64,000 bases of DNA. Origin: an uncultured Eubacteriales bacterium. Lineage in GTDB: Bacteria > Acidobacteriota > Aminicenantia > Aminicenantales > Saccharicenantaceae. Positions within the stretch are counted from its first letter, which is position 1. Each line of letters begins with the position of its first letter. The notes below the pieces were generated by a model, which saw only the letters and a list, made by a program, of their open reading frames with translations, did not search any database and had not been told where the DNA came from. A program made the translations under genes and the position numbers. Shown piece after piece: positions 27,796-37,420 of this stretch. The stretch covers positions 91,686-155,685 of the forward strand of contig CAZPEP010000068.1 in NCBI GenBank assembly GCA_964585685.1. Reading direction: 5' to 3'.

Positions 27796-28407
27796 ATGAA
27801 AGCAGAGGGAATCGTCATTCTTGCCCTCGCCGCTCTTCTGGGAGCGGCCATTTTCCTGTTCCTCAGGACGAGGGCGAAGCTTGAGAAGACCCGCGCCCGC
27901 CTGGAGACGATAGCCGTGACGGACGAGATGACGGGGGTCTTCAACCGGCGGCACCTCTTTCAAAGGTTCGAGGAGGAGTTCCAGGAGCACCGACGGCAAG
28001 GGGCGGAGATGGGCTGTATCCTCGTCGACCTGGACCGCCTCCGAAGCATCAATGAAACGCACGGCCACAGGACGGGAGACGCCGTCCTCAAGGAGTTTGC
28101 CCGCGTCATGCGGGGCTGCATCCGCGTTTACGACATCCTCGGGCGATACGGCGGGGAGGAGTTCATGATCCTCCTCCCCCTGACCGGCCTCCTCCACTCC
28201 ATGGCGTTCGCCGAGAGGGTCCGGAAGACCATCGAAAGAGACTTCGCGGTGACGGAGCCGTCCGGGGAGTCCGTCAAGTTGACTATCAGCCTAGGCGTGT
28301 CTAACCTCAGGGTGGGGGACTCGTCCATCGACGTCATTGCCAAACGGGCGGAGGAAGCCCTCCTCAAGGCCAAGGAAAGCGGCCGTAACAGGGCCGAACT
28401 GGCATGA
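27796..28407 (+). CDS. membrane-anchored GGDEF diguanylate cyclase
   Basis: One TM segment, then a GGDEF domain with RYGGEEF and a preceding I-site-like RxxD. Confidence 0.85.
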   Translation: MKAEGIVILALAALLGAAIFLFLRTRAKLEKTRARLETIAVTDEMTGVFNRRHLFQRFEEEFQEHRRQGAEMGCILVDLDRLRSINETHGHRTGDAVLKEFARVMRGCIRVYDILGRYGGEEFMILLPLTGLLHSMAFAERVRKTIERDFAVTEPSGESVKLTISLGVSNLRVGDSSIDVIAKRAEEALLKAKESGRNRAELA

Positions 28408-28491
28408 GCCCCTCCGGAGGACTCTCCGGGCGCTGAAGTGTCCCCCCCCCTTTGGAAAAGGGAGGACAGGGGGGATCCAGCCGGCCGGGAC

Positions 28492-29445
28492 TCAGGAAAG
28501 GACCTTCAACAGTTCGTAATCGACATCGGTCTCAATTATCTTCGGCCGGATGGCCGTCGCCAGGGGCACGAGGACCGGCCTGTCATCCTTCAGGCTGACG
28601 CAGACGTCCGACCCGCCTTCGATGAGCGTCAAGACGGCCCTATGGCCGAGCTTGGCGGCCAACAGGCGGTCGACGGCCGTCGGCCGGCCGCCCCTCTGGA
28701 TATGGCCGAGAACGGCGATCCGGGTCTCGAGACCCGTGTTCAGGGAGATGGCCGCTGCCACGTCCTCGGCCTTGGCGATGCCCTCGGCGACGATGAGGAT
28801 CCAACTGACCTTACCCCGGGCGTTGCCGGCCAGAATCTCGTTTGAGATGGCCGTCATGTCGAACCCTTCTTCGGGAAGGAGGACCTCTTCGCACCCTCCG
28901 GCCAAAGCGACCTGCATGGCGATGTAACCGCTGCTCCGGCCCATGACCTCGACCACGAAGATGCGCTCGAGGCTGGTCGCCGTGTCCCGGATCTTGTCCA
29001 CGGCGTCCAGGGCCACGTTGACGGCCGTGTCAACGCCGATGGCGAGGTCGACGCCGTTGATGTCGTTATCGATCGTCGCCGGGACACCGACGGTCGGGAA
29101 GCCGTACCGCTCCGCCAGGATATGGGCGCCCGTCAGTGAGCCGTTCCCCCCGATAACGACGAGGCCGTCGATGGCCTTCCCCCGCGCCGACTCCACGGCC
29201 TTCTTCTGGCCCTCTTCCGTAAAAAACGCCTCGGATCGTGCCGATTTGAGGATGGTCCCGCCGAGGTTGATGATGCCGGAAACGGAGCGGCGATCCAGGG
29301 GGACGAAGTCCCCGCGGATGAGGCCTTCGTAACCCCTCATGACCCCGAAGACCTCGAGCCCCCGGGCGGAAGCCGTCCGGACGACGGCCCTAATGGCGGC
29401 GTTAACACCGCCGCAATCCCTGGTGATGACGCCGATTCTGTTCAT
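28492..29445 (-). CDS. pfkA: ATP-dependent 6-phosphofructokinase
   Basis: MNRIGVITRDCGGVNAAIRAVV..GGNGS..MGR motifs, typical PfkA. Confidence 0.9.
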   Translation of the reverse strand: MNRIGVITRDCGGVNAAIRAVVRTASARGLEVFGVMRGYEGLIRGDFVPLDRRSVSGIINLGGTILKSARSEAFFTEEGQKKAVESARGKAIDGLVVIGGNGSLTGAHILAERYGFPTVGVPATIDNDINGVDLAIGVDTAVNVALDAVDKIRDTATSLERIFVVEVMGRSSGYIAMQVALAGGCEEVLLPEEGFDMTAISNEILAGNARGKVSWILIVAEGIAKAEDVAAAISLNTGLETRIAVLGHIQRGGRPTAVDRLLAAKLGHRAVLTLIEGGSDVCVSLKDDRPVLVPLATAIRPKIIETDVDYELLKVLS

Positions 29446-29571
29446 GGCTCCTCCGGATCCTAAGAGCTTATTCTAGCACGGAACGGACGCCGCCCGTCCT
29501 CCCGCGCGATTGACCGGGCCGTTCCGGTTGTGGTAGAAGAAGGGTCCACGAATATCTTTATGGAGGGCGGA

Positions 29572-31692
29572 ATGAAAAAAGGGCTCGCGGCGCTCGCTGT
29601 TCTGGGGATAATCATCGGTCTTGCCAGCTGCGCGAAGGAGACTCGAAGCTTGAAATATCCGGTCACGAATAAGGTCGAACAGGTGGACGATTATTTCGGC
29701 GTCAAGGTCCCCGACCCATATCGCTGGCTCGAGGACGATAACGCCGCCGATGTCAGGGAATGGGTCAAGGCCCAGAACGCGACGACCTTCGACTACCTCG
29801 CGAGGATCCCGTTCCGGGAGAAGGTCCGGGCGCGCCTGACCGAGATCTACAATTACCCGAGGTTCTCGTCCCCGATGAGGGCCGGCGAGTACTATTTCTT
29901 CTCCAAGAACGACGGCCTTCAGAACCAGTCCGTCATCTACGTCCAGAAGGGGCTCGCGGGGACGCCCGAGGTCTTCATCGACCCCAACGCCCTCTCCGCC
30001 GACGGAACGGTCCGCGTAAACCTCGCGGGGTTCTCGCCGGACTTCAGATACGTCGCGGTCGCGCGCGGCGAGGCCGGCTCGGACTGGTCCGAGCTCCGGG
30101 TGATGGAGATCGCGACGAAGACGGAGCTTCCCGACGTCGTCCGCTGGCTCAAGTTCTCCGGGGCCGCCTGGCTCAAGGACGGGTTCTTCTACAGCGGCTA
30201 CGACAAGCCCGCCCCGGGCCGGGAGCTGACGGCGAAGAACGAGTTCCAGAAGGTCTTCTTCCACCGGCTCGGCGAACCCCAGGAAAAGGACGCCCTGGTC
30301 TACGAGGACAAGGAGCACCCCCTGCGGTACCTGAGCCTGGACGTCAGCGAGGACCGGGCCTACGGGTTCCTAACGGTCTCCGAAGGGACATCGGGGAACG
30401 AGCTCCTCTGGAAGCCGCTTGCCGGCAAGGACGCGGCGTTCAAGGTCCTCGTCAAGGGGTTCGAAAACGACAGCGCCGTCGTCGACAACGTCGGGGACAA
30501 ATTCCTCGTCCAAACGAACCTCGGCGCGCCGAATTACCGCGTCGTCCGGATCGATCCGGCGGACCCGGCCCCCGAAAAATGGGTCGATGTCATCTCCGAG
30601 AGGCCCGAGGTCCTGCTCTCTGCGGGCACGGCCGGAGGCCAGCTCTTCTGCTCCCACCTCAAGGACGTCCTGACCCAGTTCTCCCAGCACGGTCTCGACG
30701 GCACGCTCGTCCGCGAGATCGCGCTGCCGGGGCTCGGCACGGCCGGCGGCTTCGGGGGGTGGAAGGACGATAAGACCGTCTTCTATACCTTCCAGTCCTA
30801 CACGCACCCGCCGACGATCTTCAAGTACGACATCGCCTCCGGGACCTCCGACGTGTTCCGAAAGGCCGAGGTCAAGTTTGATCCCGCCGACTACGAGACC
30901 AAGGAGGTCTTCTATGCGAGCGCGGACGGGACGAGGGTCCCGATGTTCATCGTCCACAAGAAAGGGCTCGAGCTCGACGGGAAAAATCCGACCTTCCTGA
31001 CGGCCTACGGCGGGTTCAACATCAGCATGCGGCCCGCTTTCATCCCGTCCCTCCTCGTCCTCCTCGAGAACGACGGCGTCTACGCGGAGGCTGGCCTCCG
31101 CGGCGGCGGGGAATACGGGGAGGCCTGGCACAAAGCGGGGATGCTCCTCAACAAGACCAACGTCTTCGACGACTTCATTGCGGCGGCCGAATACCTGATC
31201 CACGAGAAGTACACCACGAAGGATCTTCTGGCCATCGAGGGCGGCTCGAACGGCGGCCTGCTCATCGGCGCGGCCATGAACCGCCGGCCCGACCTTTTCC
31301 GGGTGGCCTTCCCGGCGGTCGGGGTCATGGACATGCTCCGCTACCACAAGTTCACCGTCGGCTGGGGCTGGGTGGTGGAATACGGTTCGAGCGACACCGA
31401 AAAGGATTTCCGGAACCTCTACGGGTATTCCCCGCTCCACAATCTCAAGCCGGGCACCTGTTATCCGGCGACCCTGGTGACGACGGCCGATCACGACGAC
31501 CGGGTCGTCCCGGCCCATTCGTTCAAGTTCGCGGCTGCTCTCCAGGATGCCCAGGCCTGCGCGAACCCGGCCTTCATCCGGATCGAGACGAGGTCGGGGC
31601 ACGGCTCGAGCAACGTCACCAAAGCCATCGACCTGCTGGCCGACCAGTGGAGCTTCATGTTCCACAATATGGAGATTGTCCCGAAATATTGA
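29572..31692 (+). CDS. prolyl oligopeptidase family serine peptidase (S9A), lipoprotein
   Basis: RBS ggagggcgg. Lipobox LASC. N-terminal beta-propeller with DPYRWLEDD. Catalytic GGSNGGLL, with Asp/His in the C-terminal domain. Confidence 0.88.
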   Translation: MKKGLAALAVLGIIIGLASCAKETRSLKYPVTNKVEQVDDYFGVKVPDPYRWLEDDNAADVREWVKAQNATTFDYLARIPFREKVRARLTEIYNYPRFSSPMRAGEYYFFSKNDGLQNQSVIYVQKGLAGTPEVFIDPNALSADGTVRVNLAGFSPDFRYVAVARGEAGSDWSELRVMEIATKTELPDVVRWLKFSGAAWLKDGFFYSGYDKPAPGRELTAKNEFQKVFFHRLGEPQEKDALVYEDKEHPLRYLSLDVSEDRAYGFLTVSEGTSGNELLWKPLAGKDAAFKVLVKGFENDSAVVDNVGDKFLVQTNLGAPNYRVVRIDPADPAPEKWVDVISERPEVLLSAGTAGGQLFCSHLKDVLTQFSQHGLDGTLVREIALPGLGTAGGFGGWKDDKTVFYTFQSYTHPPTIFKYDIASGTSDVFRKAEVKFDPADYETKEVFYASADGTRVPMFIVHKKGLELDGKNPTFLTAYGGFNISMRPAFIPSLLVLLENDGVYAEAGLRGGGEYGEAWHKAGMLLNKTNVFDDFIAAAEYLIHEKYTTKDLLAIEGGSNGGLLIGAAMNRRPDLFRVAFPAVGVMDMLRYHKFTVGWGWVVEYGSSDTEKDFRNLYGYSPLHNLKPGTCYPATLVTTADHDDRVVPAHSFKFAAALQDAQACANPAFIRIETRSGHGSSNVTKAIDLLADQWSFMFHNMEIVPKY

Positions 31693-31721
31693 CGGGCGGG
31701 GTCCGCCCGGGGAGGTGTGAC

Positions 31722-32192
31722 ATGAGACTGAGCACGGGCAAAGTCGTTTTTCTCGCGTCCTGCCTTGCCTTCGTCCTGGCCGGCGTCGTACCCGCGGCGG
31801 CGCAGGACAGGGGGCTCGGGCTGGGGCTTATCCTCGGCGAGCCGACCGGCGTGAGCCTGAAGAGCTGGACCGGCCGGAGGACGGCCATAGATGCCGCCGC
31901 TGCCTGGTCCTTCGACCGGGACGGGTCCCTGCATTTCCACGCGGATTACCTCATCCATGATTTCAATCTCCTCAAGACCCGAACGGGGCGGCTTCCCGTG
32001 TACTATGGGATCGGCGGGAGGATCCGCCTCGAGGACAAGACCAGGATCGGCATCCGGATCCCGGTTGGTATATGCTATATATTTGAGAACACTCCCCTCG
32101 ACATCTTCGTCGAGCTCGGCCCCGTGTTCGACGTCTTTCCCAGGACGGAAGTGACCGTGGCCGGATTCCTGGGGCTCAGGTACTTTTTCTAG
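31722..32192 (+). CDS. small outer-membrane beta-barrel protein
   Basis: RBS ggaggtg. Signal peptide present. Alternating hydrophobic strands. C-terminal ...GLRYFF. Confidence 0.6.
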   Translation: MRLSTGKVVFLASCLAFVLAGVVPAAAQDRGLGLGLILGEPTGVSLKSWTGRRTAIDAAAAWSFDRDGSLHFHADYLIHDFNLLKTRTGRLPVYYGIGGRIRLEDKTRIGIRIPVGICYIFENTPLDIFVELGPVFDVFPRTEVTVAGFLGLRYFF

Positions 32193-32509
32193 GCGCCGGT
32201 CGGAAATCTTCTGAAATCATATCGGAAGCAGCTTCCTTCCCCTTGACGCCGCTGCTGACCACGTATAAGGCTTAATCGCAGAGGGAAATTTCCCCACTCA
32301 CGAGGGGGACAGGGGAGCCGGAGGGCTCTCCAGACGGGGGGGCGTGAGAAGGGCCCTTCTCGTCGCGGGGGGCACTATCCGAATCCATGGAATCGTCTGC
32401 TTGTTCTTCGGGGAGGATGCCCGTTGTCGGAAACTCCCAGATTGCTGTATGATAGAAGGCCGGTCGGCGTGCGCGGCACGTCCCCGATTCGTCTACGAAA
32501 GAGACATCC

Positions 32510-33793
32510 ATGGTGAAAGTGCGTTTCGCCCCGAGCCCGACGGGCTTCCTCCATATTGGAAGCGCCCGGACGGCCATCTTCAACTGGCTTTACGCCCGGC
32601 ATACGGGCGGCAAGTTCCTCCTCAGAGTCGAGGATACGGACCTCAAGAGGTCCGACGTCCGGTTCCTGGACGAGATCCTCGACGACCTTCGCTGGCTGGG
32701 TCTCGACTGGGACGAGGAGCCCATCTTCCAGAGCCGCCGGTTCGACGTCTACAAGGAGAAGGCCGAGGGCCTGGTGGCCGTGGGCAAGGCCTACCGGGAC
32801 GGGGAGGCGATCCTCTTCAGGGTAGAACCTGGCCGGACAATCGAGCTCCGGGACTTGGTCCACGGCGTCATCTCGTTCCAAACGGAGACCATCAAGGACC
32901 AGGTCCTCATCAAGTCCGACGGCTCGCCCGCCTACAATTTCTCCTGCGTCGTCGACGACGTCCATCTCGGTATCACCCATATCCTGCGGGGTGACGACCA
33001 CGTCTCGAACACGCCTAAACAGATCCTGTTTTACGAGGCCCTGGGGATCCCGATTCCCGAATTCGGCCATATGCCCCTCATCCTGGGCCGGGACGGGGCC
33101 AAGCTCTCCAAGAGGCACGGCGGCGTTTCCGTCCGTGAATACAGGGACGAAGGCTTCCTGCCCGAGGCCTTGGCCAATTACCTCACCCTCCTCGGCTGGA
33201 TGCCGAAGGACGGGAAGGAGATCATGCCTCCGGAGCGGGCCGTCCGCGAGTTCGAGATAACGTCGATGAACGACGTCCAGGCCAAGTTCGACCTCGACAA
33301 GCTCCGGTGGATCAATAGCGAATACATCATGGCCGTGCCCGACGAACGGCTCCTGCCCCTCGTCAAAGACCGGCTGAAAGCCGCCGGCTTCGACTTCTCC
33401 GGCCGGGATGACGCATACGTCACTAAGGTCCTCGGCCTCTACAAGGTTCGGATCAAGACCCTGGCGGAGCTTCCGGCGATGACGGAATTCTTCTTCCGGG
33501 ACAATTTTGCGATGGAGGAGGAGGGACGGAGCCAACTGGACAAGCCGGGGGCCAGGGAGAACGTCGGGCTCTTCGCCGCGAGACTCGAGGCCCTGGCTGA
33601 GTTTAGGCACGATGCCCTGGAGATCGCCTGTCGGGAGCTCGCCGCGGAGAAGGGGCTGAAGCCGGCGGCCGTCATCCACCCGACCCGGGCGGCCGTCAGC
33701 GGGAAGACCAAGGGTGCGGGCCTCTTCGAGATGATGGAGGTCCTCGGAAAAGAGACCGTGGTGAAGCGGATGAGGAGCGTGTCCCATGGATGA
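32510..33793 (+). CDS. gltX: glutamate--tRNA ligase
   Basis: HIGH motif (HIGSARTA). KMSKS motif (KLSKRHG). Class I GluRS catalytic core plus anticodon-binding domain. Short for the family, at 427 aa. Confidence 0.85.
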   Translation: MVKVRFAPSPTGFLHIGSARTAIFNWLYARHTGGKFLLRVEDTDLKRSDVRFLDEILDDLRWLGLDWDEEPIFQSRRFDVYKEKAEGLVAVGKAYRDGEAILFRVEPGRTIELRDLVHGVISFQTETIKDQVLIKSDGSPAYNFSCVVDDVHLGITHILRGDDHVSNTPKQILFYEALGIPIPEFGHMPLILGRDGAKLSKRHGGVSVREYRDEGFLPEALANYLTLLGWMPKDGKEIMPPERAVREFEITSMNDVQAKFDLDKLRWINSEYIMAVPDERLLPLVKDRLKAAGFDFSGRDDAYVTKVLGLYKVRIKTLAELPAMTEFFFRDNFAMEEEGRSQLDKPGARENVGLFAARLEALAEFRHDALEIACRELAAEKGLKPAAVIHPTRAAVSGKTKGAGLFEMMEVLGKETVVKRMRSVSHG

Positions 33794-35489
33794 GACCCCG
33801 AAGCCCAGGACCAATTTCGTCAAGGAGATCATCGACGAACACCGGAGGACAGGCCGGTTCGGCGCGCGCCAGGTCCACACCCGTTTTCCCCCCGAACCAA
33901 ACGGCTACCTCCATATCGGCCACGCGAAGTCTATTTGTCTCAACTTCGGCCTGGCCGCCGAGTATGGCGGGCTCTGCAACCTCCGCTTCGATGACACGAA
34001 CCCGGAGACCGAAGAGACCGAATATGTGGAGAGCATCAAGGAGGACGTCCGCTGGCTGGGATTCGACTGGGAGGATCGGGAATTCTACGCATCCGGCTAC
34101 TGCGAGGAACTCTACGGGCTTGCCGTGGACCTTATCAAGAAGGGCAAAGCCTACGTCTGCGACCTCGACGTGGAAAAGGTCCGGGAATATCGCGGGACCA
34201 TCAACCGGCACGGGCTGGAGAGCCCCTGGCGGAACAGGACGGTCGACGAGAACCTGGACTTGTTCGATCGCATGCGCCGGGGCGAGTTCCCGGACGGTTC
34301 GCGGACGCTCCGGGCGAAGATCAACATGGCCGACCCGAACCTGCTCCTCCGGGACCCCCTCATGTACCGCATCCGGAGGGCGACCCATTACCGGACGGGG
34401 GAAGCCTGGTGCATCTATCCGACCTACGACTGGGCCCATGGCCAATGCGATTCCCTTGAGGGCATCACCCATTCCATCTGCACCCTCGAATTCGAGGTCC
34501 ACAGGCCGCTCTACGACTGGTTCCTCGACCAGCTCGGCATCCACCATCCCCAGCAGATCGAATTCGCCCGGCTCAACCTCAGTCACACCGCGCTGAGCAA
34601 GAGGCGTCTCCTCGAGCTCGTCGAACAAGGCTTCGTATCCGGCTGGGACGACCCTCGCATGCCGACGATCTCCGGTTACCGACGGCGCGGATACACCCCG
34701 TCGTCGATCCGGGCGTTCTGCGACATCATCGGCGTGGCCAAGGCCAACAGCATAGTCGACGCCGGCGTCCTCGAGAACTGCCTGCGCGAGGAATTGAACA
34801 GGACGGTGCCCCGGGCCATGGCCGTCATCCGGCCGCTCAAGGTCGTCCTGACGAATTATCCGGAGGGAAAGGTCGAGGAATTCGAGGCCGTAAACAATCC
34901 CGAGGACCCCGCCGGCGGGACCCGGAAGGTCCCGTTCTCCAGGGAACTCTACATCGAGCGGGAGGACTTCATGGAGAACCCGCCGAAGAAGTTCTTCCGG
35001 CTGGCGCCGGGGCGCGAGGTTCGATTGCGTTATGCGTATTTCATCAAGTGCGAGGAGGTCGTCAAGGACCCGGCGACGGGGGAGATCTTGGAGCTTCGTT
35101 GCACTTATGACCCGGCGACCCGCGGCGGGGACGCCCTGGACGGCCGGAAGGTCAAGGCGACCCTCCACTGGGTCTCGGCCGCCCAAGCCGTCGGCGCCGA
35201 GGTCCGGCTCTACGATACGCTGTTCACGGTCCGCGACCCCAACGACGTCCCTGAGGGCGTCGACTATAAGACGAACCTGAATCCGAAGTCCCTCGAGGCT
35301 CTCAGGGGATGCTGGCTTGAGCCAGCGCTTGGGGCCGCAGAGCCCGGGAGCCGGTGGCAGTTCGAACGCCTTGGTTATTTTGCGGCGGATTTCCGGGATT
35401 CGAAACCGGGCGCGCCCGTCTTTATCCGCACGGTGACCCTCCGCGACGAATGGGCGAAACTCAGCCGGTCCGGGAGGACCGGGGAATAG
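33786..35489 (+). CDS. glnS: glutamine--tRNA ligase
   Basis: [16 protein letters not shown] with the GlnRS-specific N-terminal region. 567 aa. Overlaps gltX by 8 nt. Confidence 0.9.
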   Translation: MDETPKPRTNFVKEIIDEHRRTGRFGARQVHTRFPPEPNGYLHIGHAKSICLNFGLAAEYGGLCNLRFDDTNPETEETEYVESIKEDVRWLGFDWEDREFYASGYCEELYGLAVDLIKKGKAYVCDLDVEKVREYRGTINRHGLESPWRNRTVDENLDLFDRMRRGEFPDGSRTLRAKINMADPNLLLRDPLMYRIRRATHYRTGEAWCIYPTYDWAHGQCDSLEGITHSICTLEFEVHRPLYDWFLDQLGIHHPQQIEFARLNLSHTALSKRRLLELVEQGFVSGWDDPRMPTISGYRRRGYTPSSIRAFCDIIGVAKANSIVDAGVLENCLREELNRTVPRAMAVIRPLKVVLTNYPEGKVEEFEAVNNPEDPAGGTRKVPFSRELYIEREDFMENPPKKFFRLAPGREVRLRYAYFIKCEEVVKDPATGEILELRCTYDPATRGGDALDGRKVKATLHWVSAAQAVGAEVRLYDTLFTVRDPNDVPEGVDYKTNLNPKSLEALRGCWLEPALGAAEPGSRWQFERLGYFAADFRDSKPGAPVFIRTVTLRDEWAKLSRSGRTGE

Positions 35490-35602
35490 GCCACCTGCTA
35501 CGGGACGCGGTTTCCGGCCAACTCACGGCCGGGACAGAGTACGGCGTCCCAGATCATTGTTGATTCCCGGCCGGAAAAGGGACAGGGTATTGCGTCCCCT
35601 TA

Positions 35603-37405
35603 TTACCTGTCGGCTATGTTATACGCCGCGACAAAGACCAGCTTCGAGATCTTCTCGATGAGGTCGCCGCTGACCTTTTCCACGCTGTCGCTCGTCTGGT
35701 GGTAATCCTCAGTCATGGCCGCGATGCAGAAGGCCCAGGGGACCTTGGCCGTGGCAAAAGACGAGTGGTCGGAGCCGCCGCCCCCGCGCTCGTTGGACTT
35801 CGATTCGCGCAGGAACAGGCTGAGGCCGATATGACGATCGGCCTCCCTGAAGACGTCGCCCAGGCCGGCGCCTGCCGCGAGCGAGATCGGGAGGAAATCG
35901 GCCGGCTTGATCTTCTTCATCAGCTCCGGGCCCGGCTGGAAGTTGAACATCCGGCCCATGCGGACGATGGTCTTCTCGTCATAGGGCCGGCTGATCATGT
36001 CCAGGTTGATGTAGGCCACGGTTTTATCGATGGGGAAGGGCGGGTTCCGGACATAATACCGGGAGCCGAGGAGGCCCTCCTCCTCGCCGGTCCAGAGGCA
36101 GAATACGACGGTCCGCTTGGGCTTTTCGGGATTCATGGCGAAGGCCCGGGCCAGGTTCATGACCCCAACCGAGCCGGAGCCGTTGTCATCGGCCCCGTTG
36201 AAGACGTAATCGCCGCGTTTGCCCAGGTGATCATAGTGAGCCCCGACGACGACGACCTCGTTCTTCAGGACGGGGTCTGAGCCCTCGATGTAACCGAGGA
36301 CGTTCCGGCAACGGACGAGGGCGGTCTTGGCGGTCGTCGACAGCGTCACGGTCGTCCCGGGGAGTGCCATGGAGGCGGGCTTGTAGGTTGCCTCGATCTT
36401 CTTTTGCAGCTCGTCGATCTTCGTCCCGGAGTTCTCCAGGATGGCGTCGGCCATCTCTCGCGTGATGGTGATGACCGGGGAGCTCTCCCATGGCATCCTG
36501 TCCCCGGCGCCGGGAATGAGCAGGCGTCGCCGCGGCTCGTTGATGATCGGTCGGGCGTCGTCGATGCGCCTGGGGCCGGCGACGGCCTTGTAGAGGTCCG
36601 CATCCTTGCCCGAAGCTTGGACCTGGAGGACGGCGATGGCCCCGAGCTTCGCGATCTCGCGGGCCTTATTGAAGCCTCCCATCATTCGGAAGGCGAAGGG
36701 CCCTTCCGGTGGGAAGTACTTCTCCTTGAGCTCTTTGGCTTGGAAGGGCGACTTGGGGTCGTTCTTCCCCGGGGCCTCCGAGAGGACGAGGACGATCTTT
36801 CCCTTGATGTCGATGCCCTTGAGCTCGTCCCAGCCGGCTGTCTTTTCGGCGATCCCATAACCGGCGAAAACCACCGGCGCGGAGAGGGACTCCGCGGTCG
36901 AGGTCATGCTCTGGAAATCAATCCCCGACTCGAAGGCGCGCGACTTGACGGTCCCGTCCTTGCGCAGCTCCAGCGTGAGCCTGCCCTGGACGTCCGTGAG
37001 CTCCTTTATGACGAATTCCTGGAGGTGTCCCTTCACGGGGGGGGAGGGGGGCGTTCCGTCCAGCATCGCTGACATCGATCGGGGGACTACTAGAAGATCG
37101 CCGGCGGGCGTGACTTTCCATAGCTTGAACAGGAACGCGGCGTATTCCGTGGCCAGCTGGTAGCCGCGCGTCGCCGTCTCGCGACCCTCCATCAGGTCCG
37201 AGGAGATATAGGCCAGCAGGGCCAGGGAGTCCAGGGCCGTTATGGACTCGAATCCGGGCTTCATCTTATCGGGCACGGGCTCGGTCTCGTCGACGAGGAC
37301 CATGTTCTTCAGGACGTCCTCGGGCTTGGGCGCAGGGGTTTGCTGGGCTCCGAGGGCGAAGACCATAATGAGGATGATGAGGACAGAGAGAACGGTTCTT
37401 TTCAT
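35603..37405 (-). CDS. M28 family aminopeptidase with PA domain, secreted
   Basis: Signal peptide present. VVVVGAHYDHLG..GADDNGSGSVGVMNLARAF is the M28 zinc-ligand region. Confidence 0.85.
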   Translation of the reverse strand: MKRTVLSVLIILIMVFALGAQQTPAPKPEDVLKNMVLVDETEPVPDKMKPGFESITALDSLALLAYISSDLMEGRETATRGYQLATEYAAFLFKLWKVTPAGDLLVVPRSMSAMLDGTPPSPPVKGHLQEFVIKELTDVQGRLTLELRKDGTVKSRAFESGIDFQSMTSTAESLSAPVVFAGYGIAEKTAGWDELKGIDIKGKIVLVLSEAPGKNDPKSPFQAKELKEKYFPPEGPFAFRMMGGFNKAREIAKLGAIAVLQVQASGKDADLYKAVAGPRRIDDARPIINEPRRRLLIPGAGDRMPWESSPVITITREMADAILENSGTKIDELQKKIEATYKPASMALPGTTVTLSTTAKTALVRCRNVLGYIEGSDPVLKNEVVVVGAHYDHLGKRGDYVFNGADDNGSGSVGVMNLARAFAMNPEKPKRTVVFCLWTGEEEGLLGSRYYVRNPPFPIDKTVAYINLDMISRPYDEKTIVRMGRMFNFQPGPELMKKIKPADFLPISLAAGAGLGDVFREADRHIGLSLFLRESKSNERGGGGSDHSSFATAKVPWAFCIAAMTEDYHQTSDSVEKVSGDLIEKISKLVFVAAYNIADR

Positions 37406-37420
37406 GTGCCTATGACTCCT

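Noticed and set aside
32272-32994. ORFs 32272-32583 (minus) and 32344-32994 (plus) overlapping the gltX leader and start.
   Set aside because: They overlap the unmistakable GluRS frame (HIGH/KMSKS) and lie in a structured GC-rich leader. There is no RBS or conserved motif.
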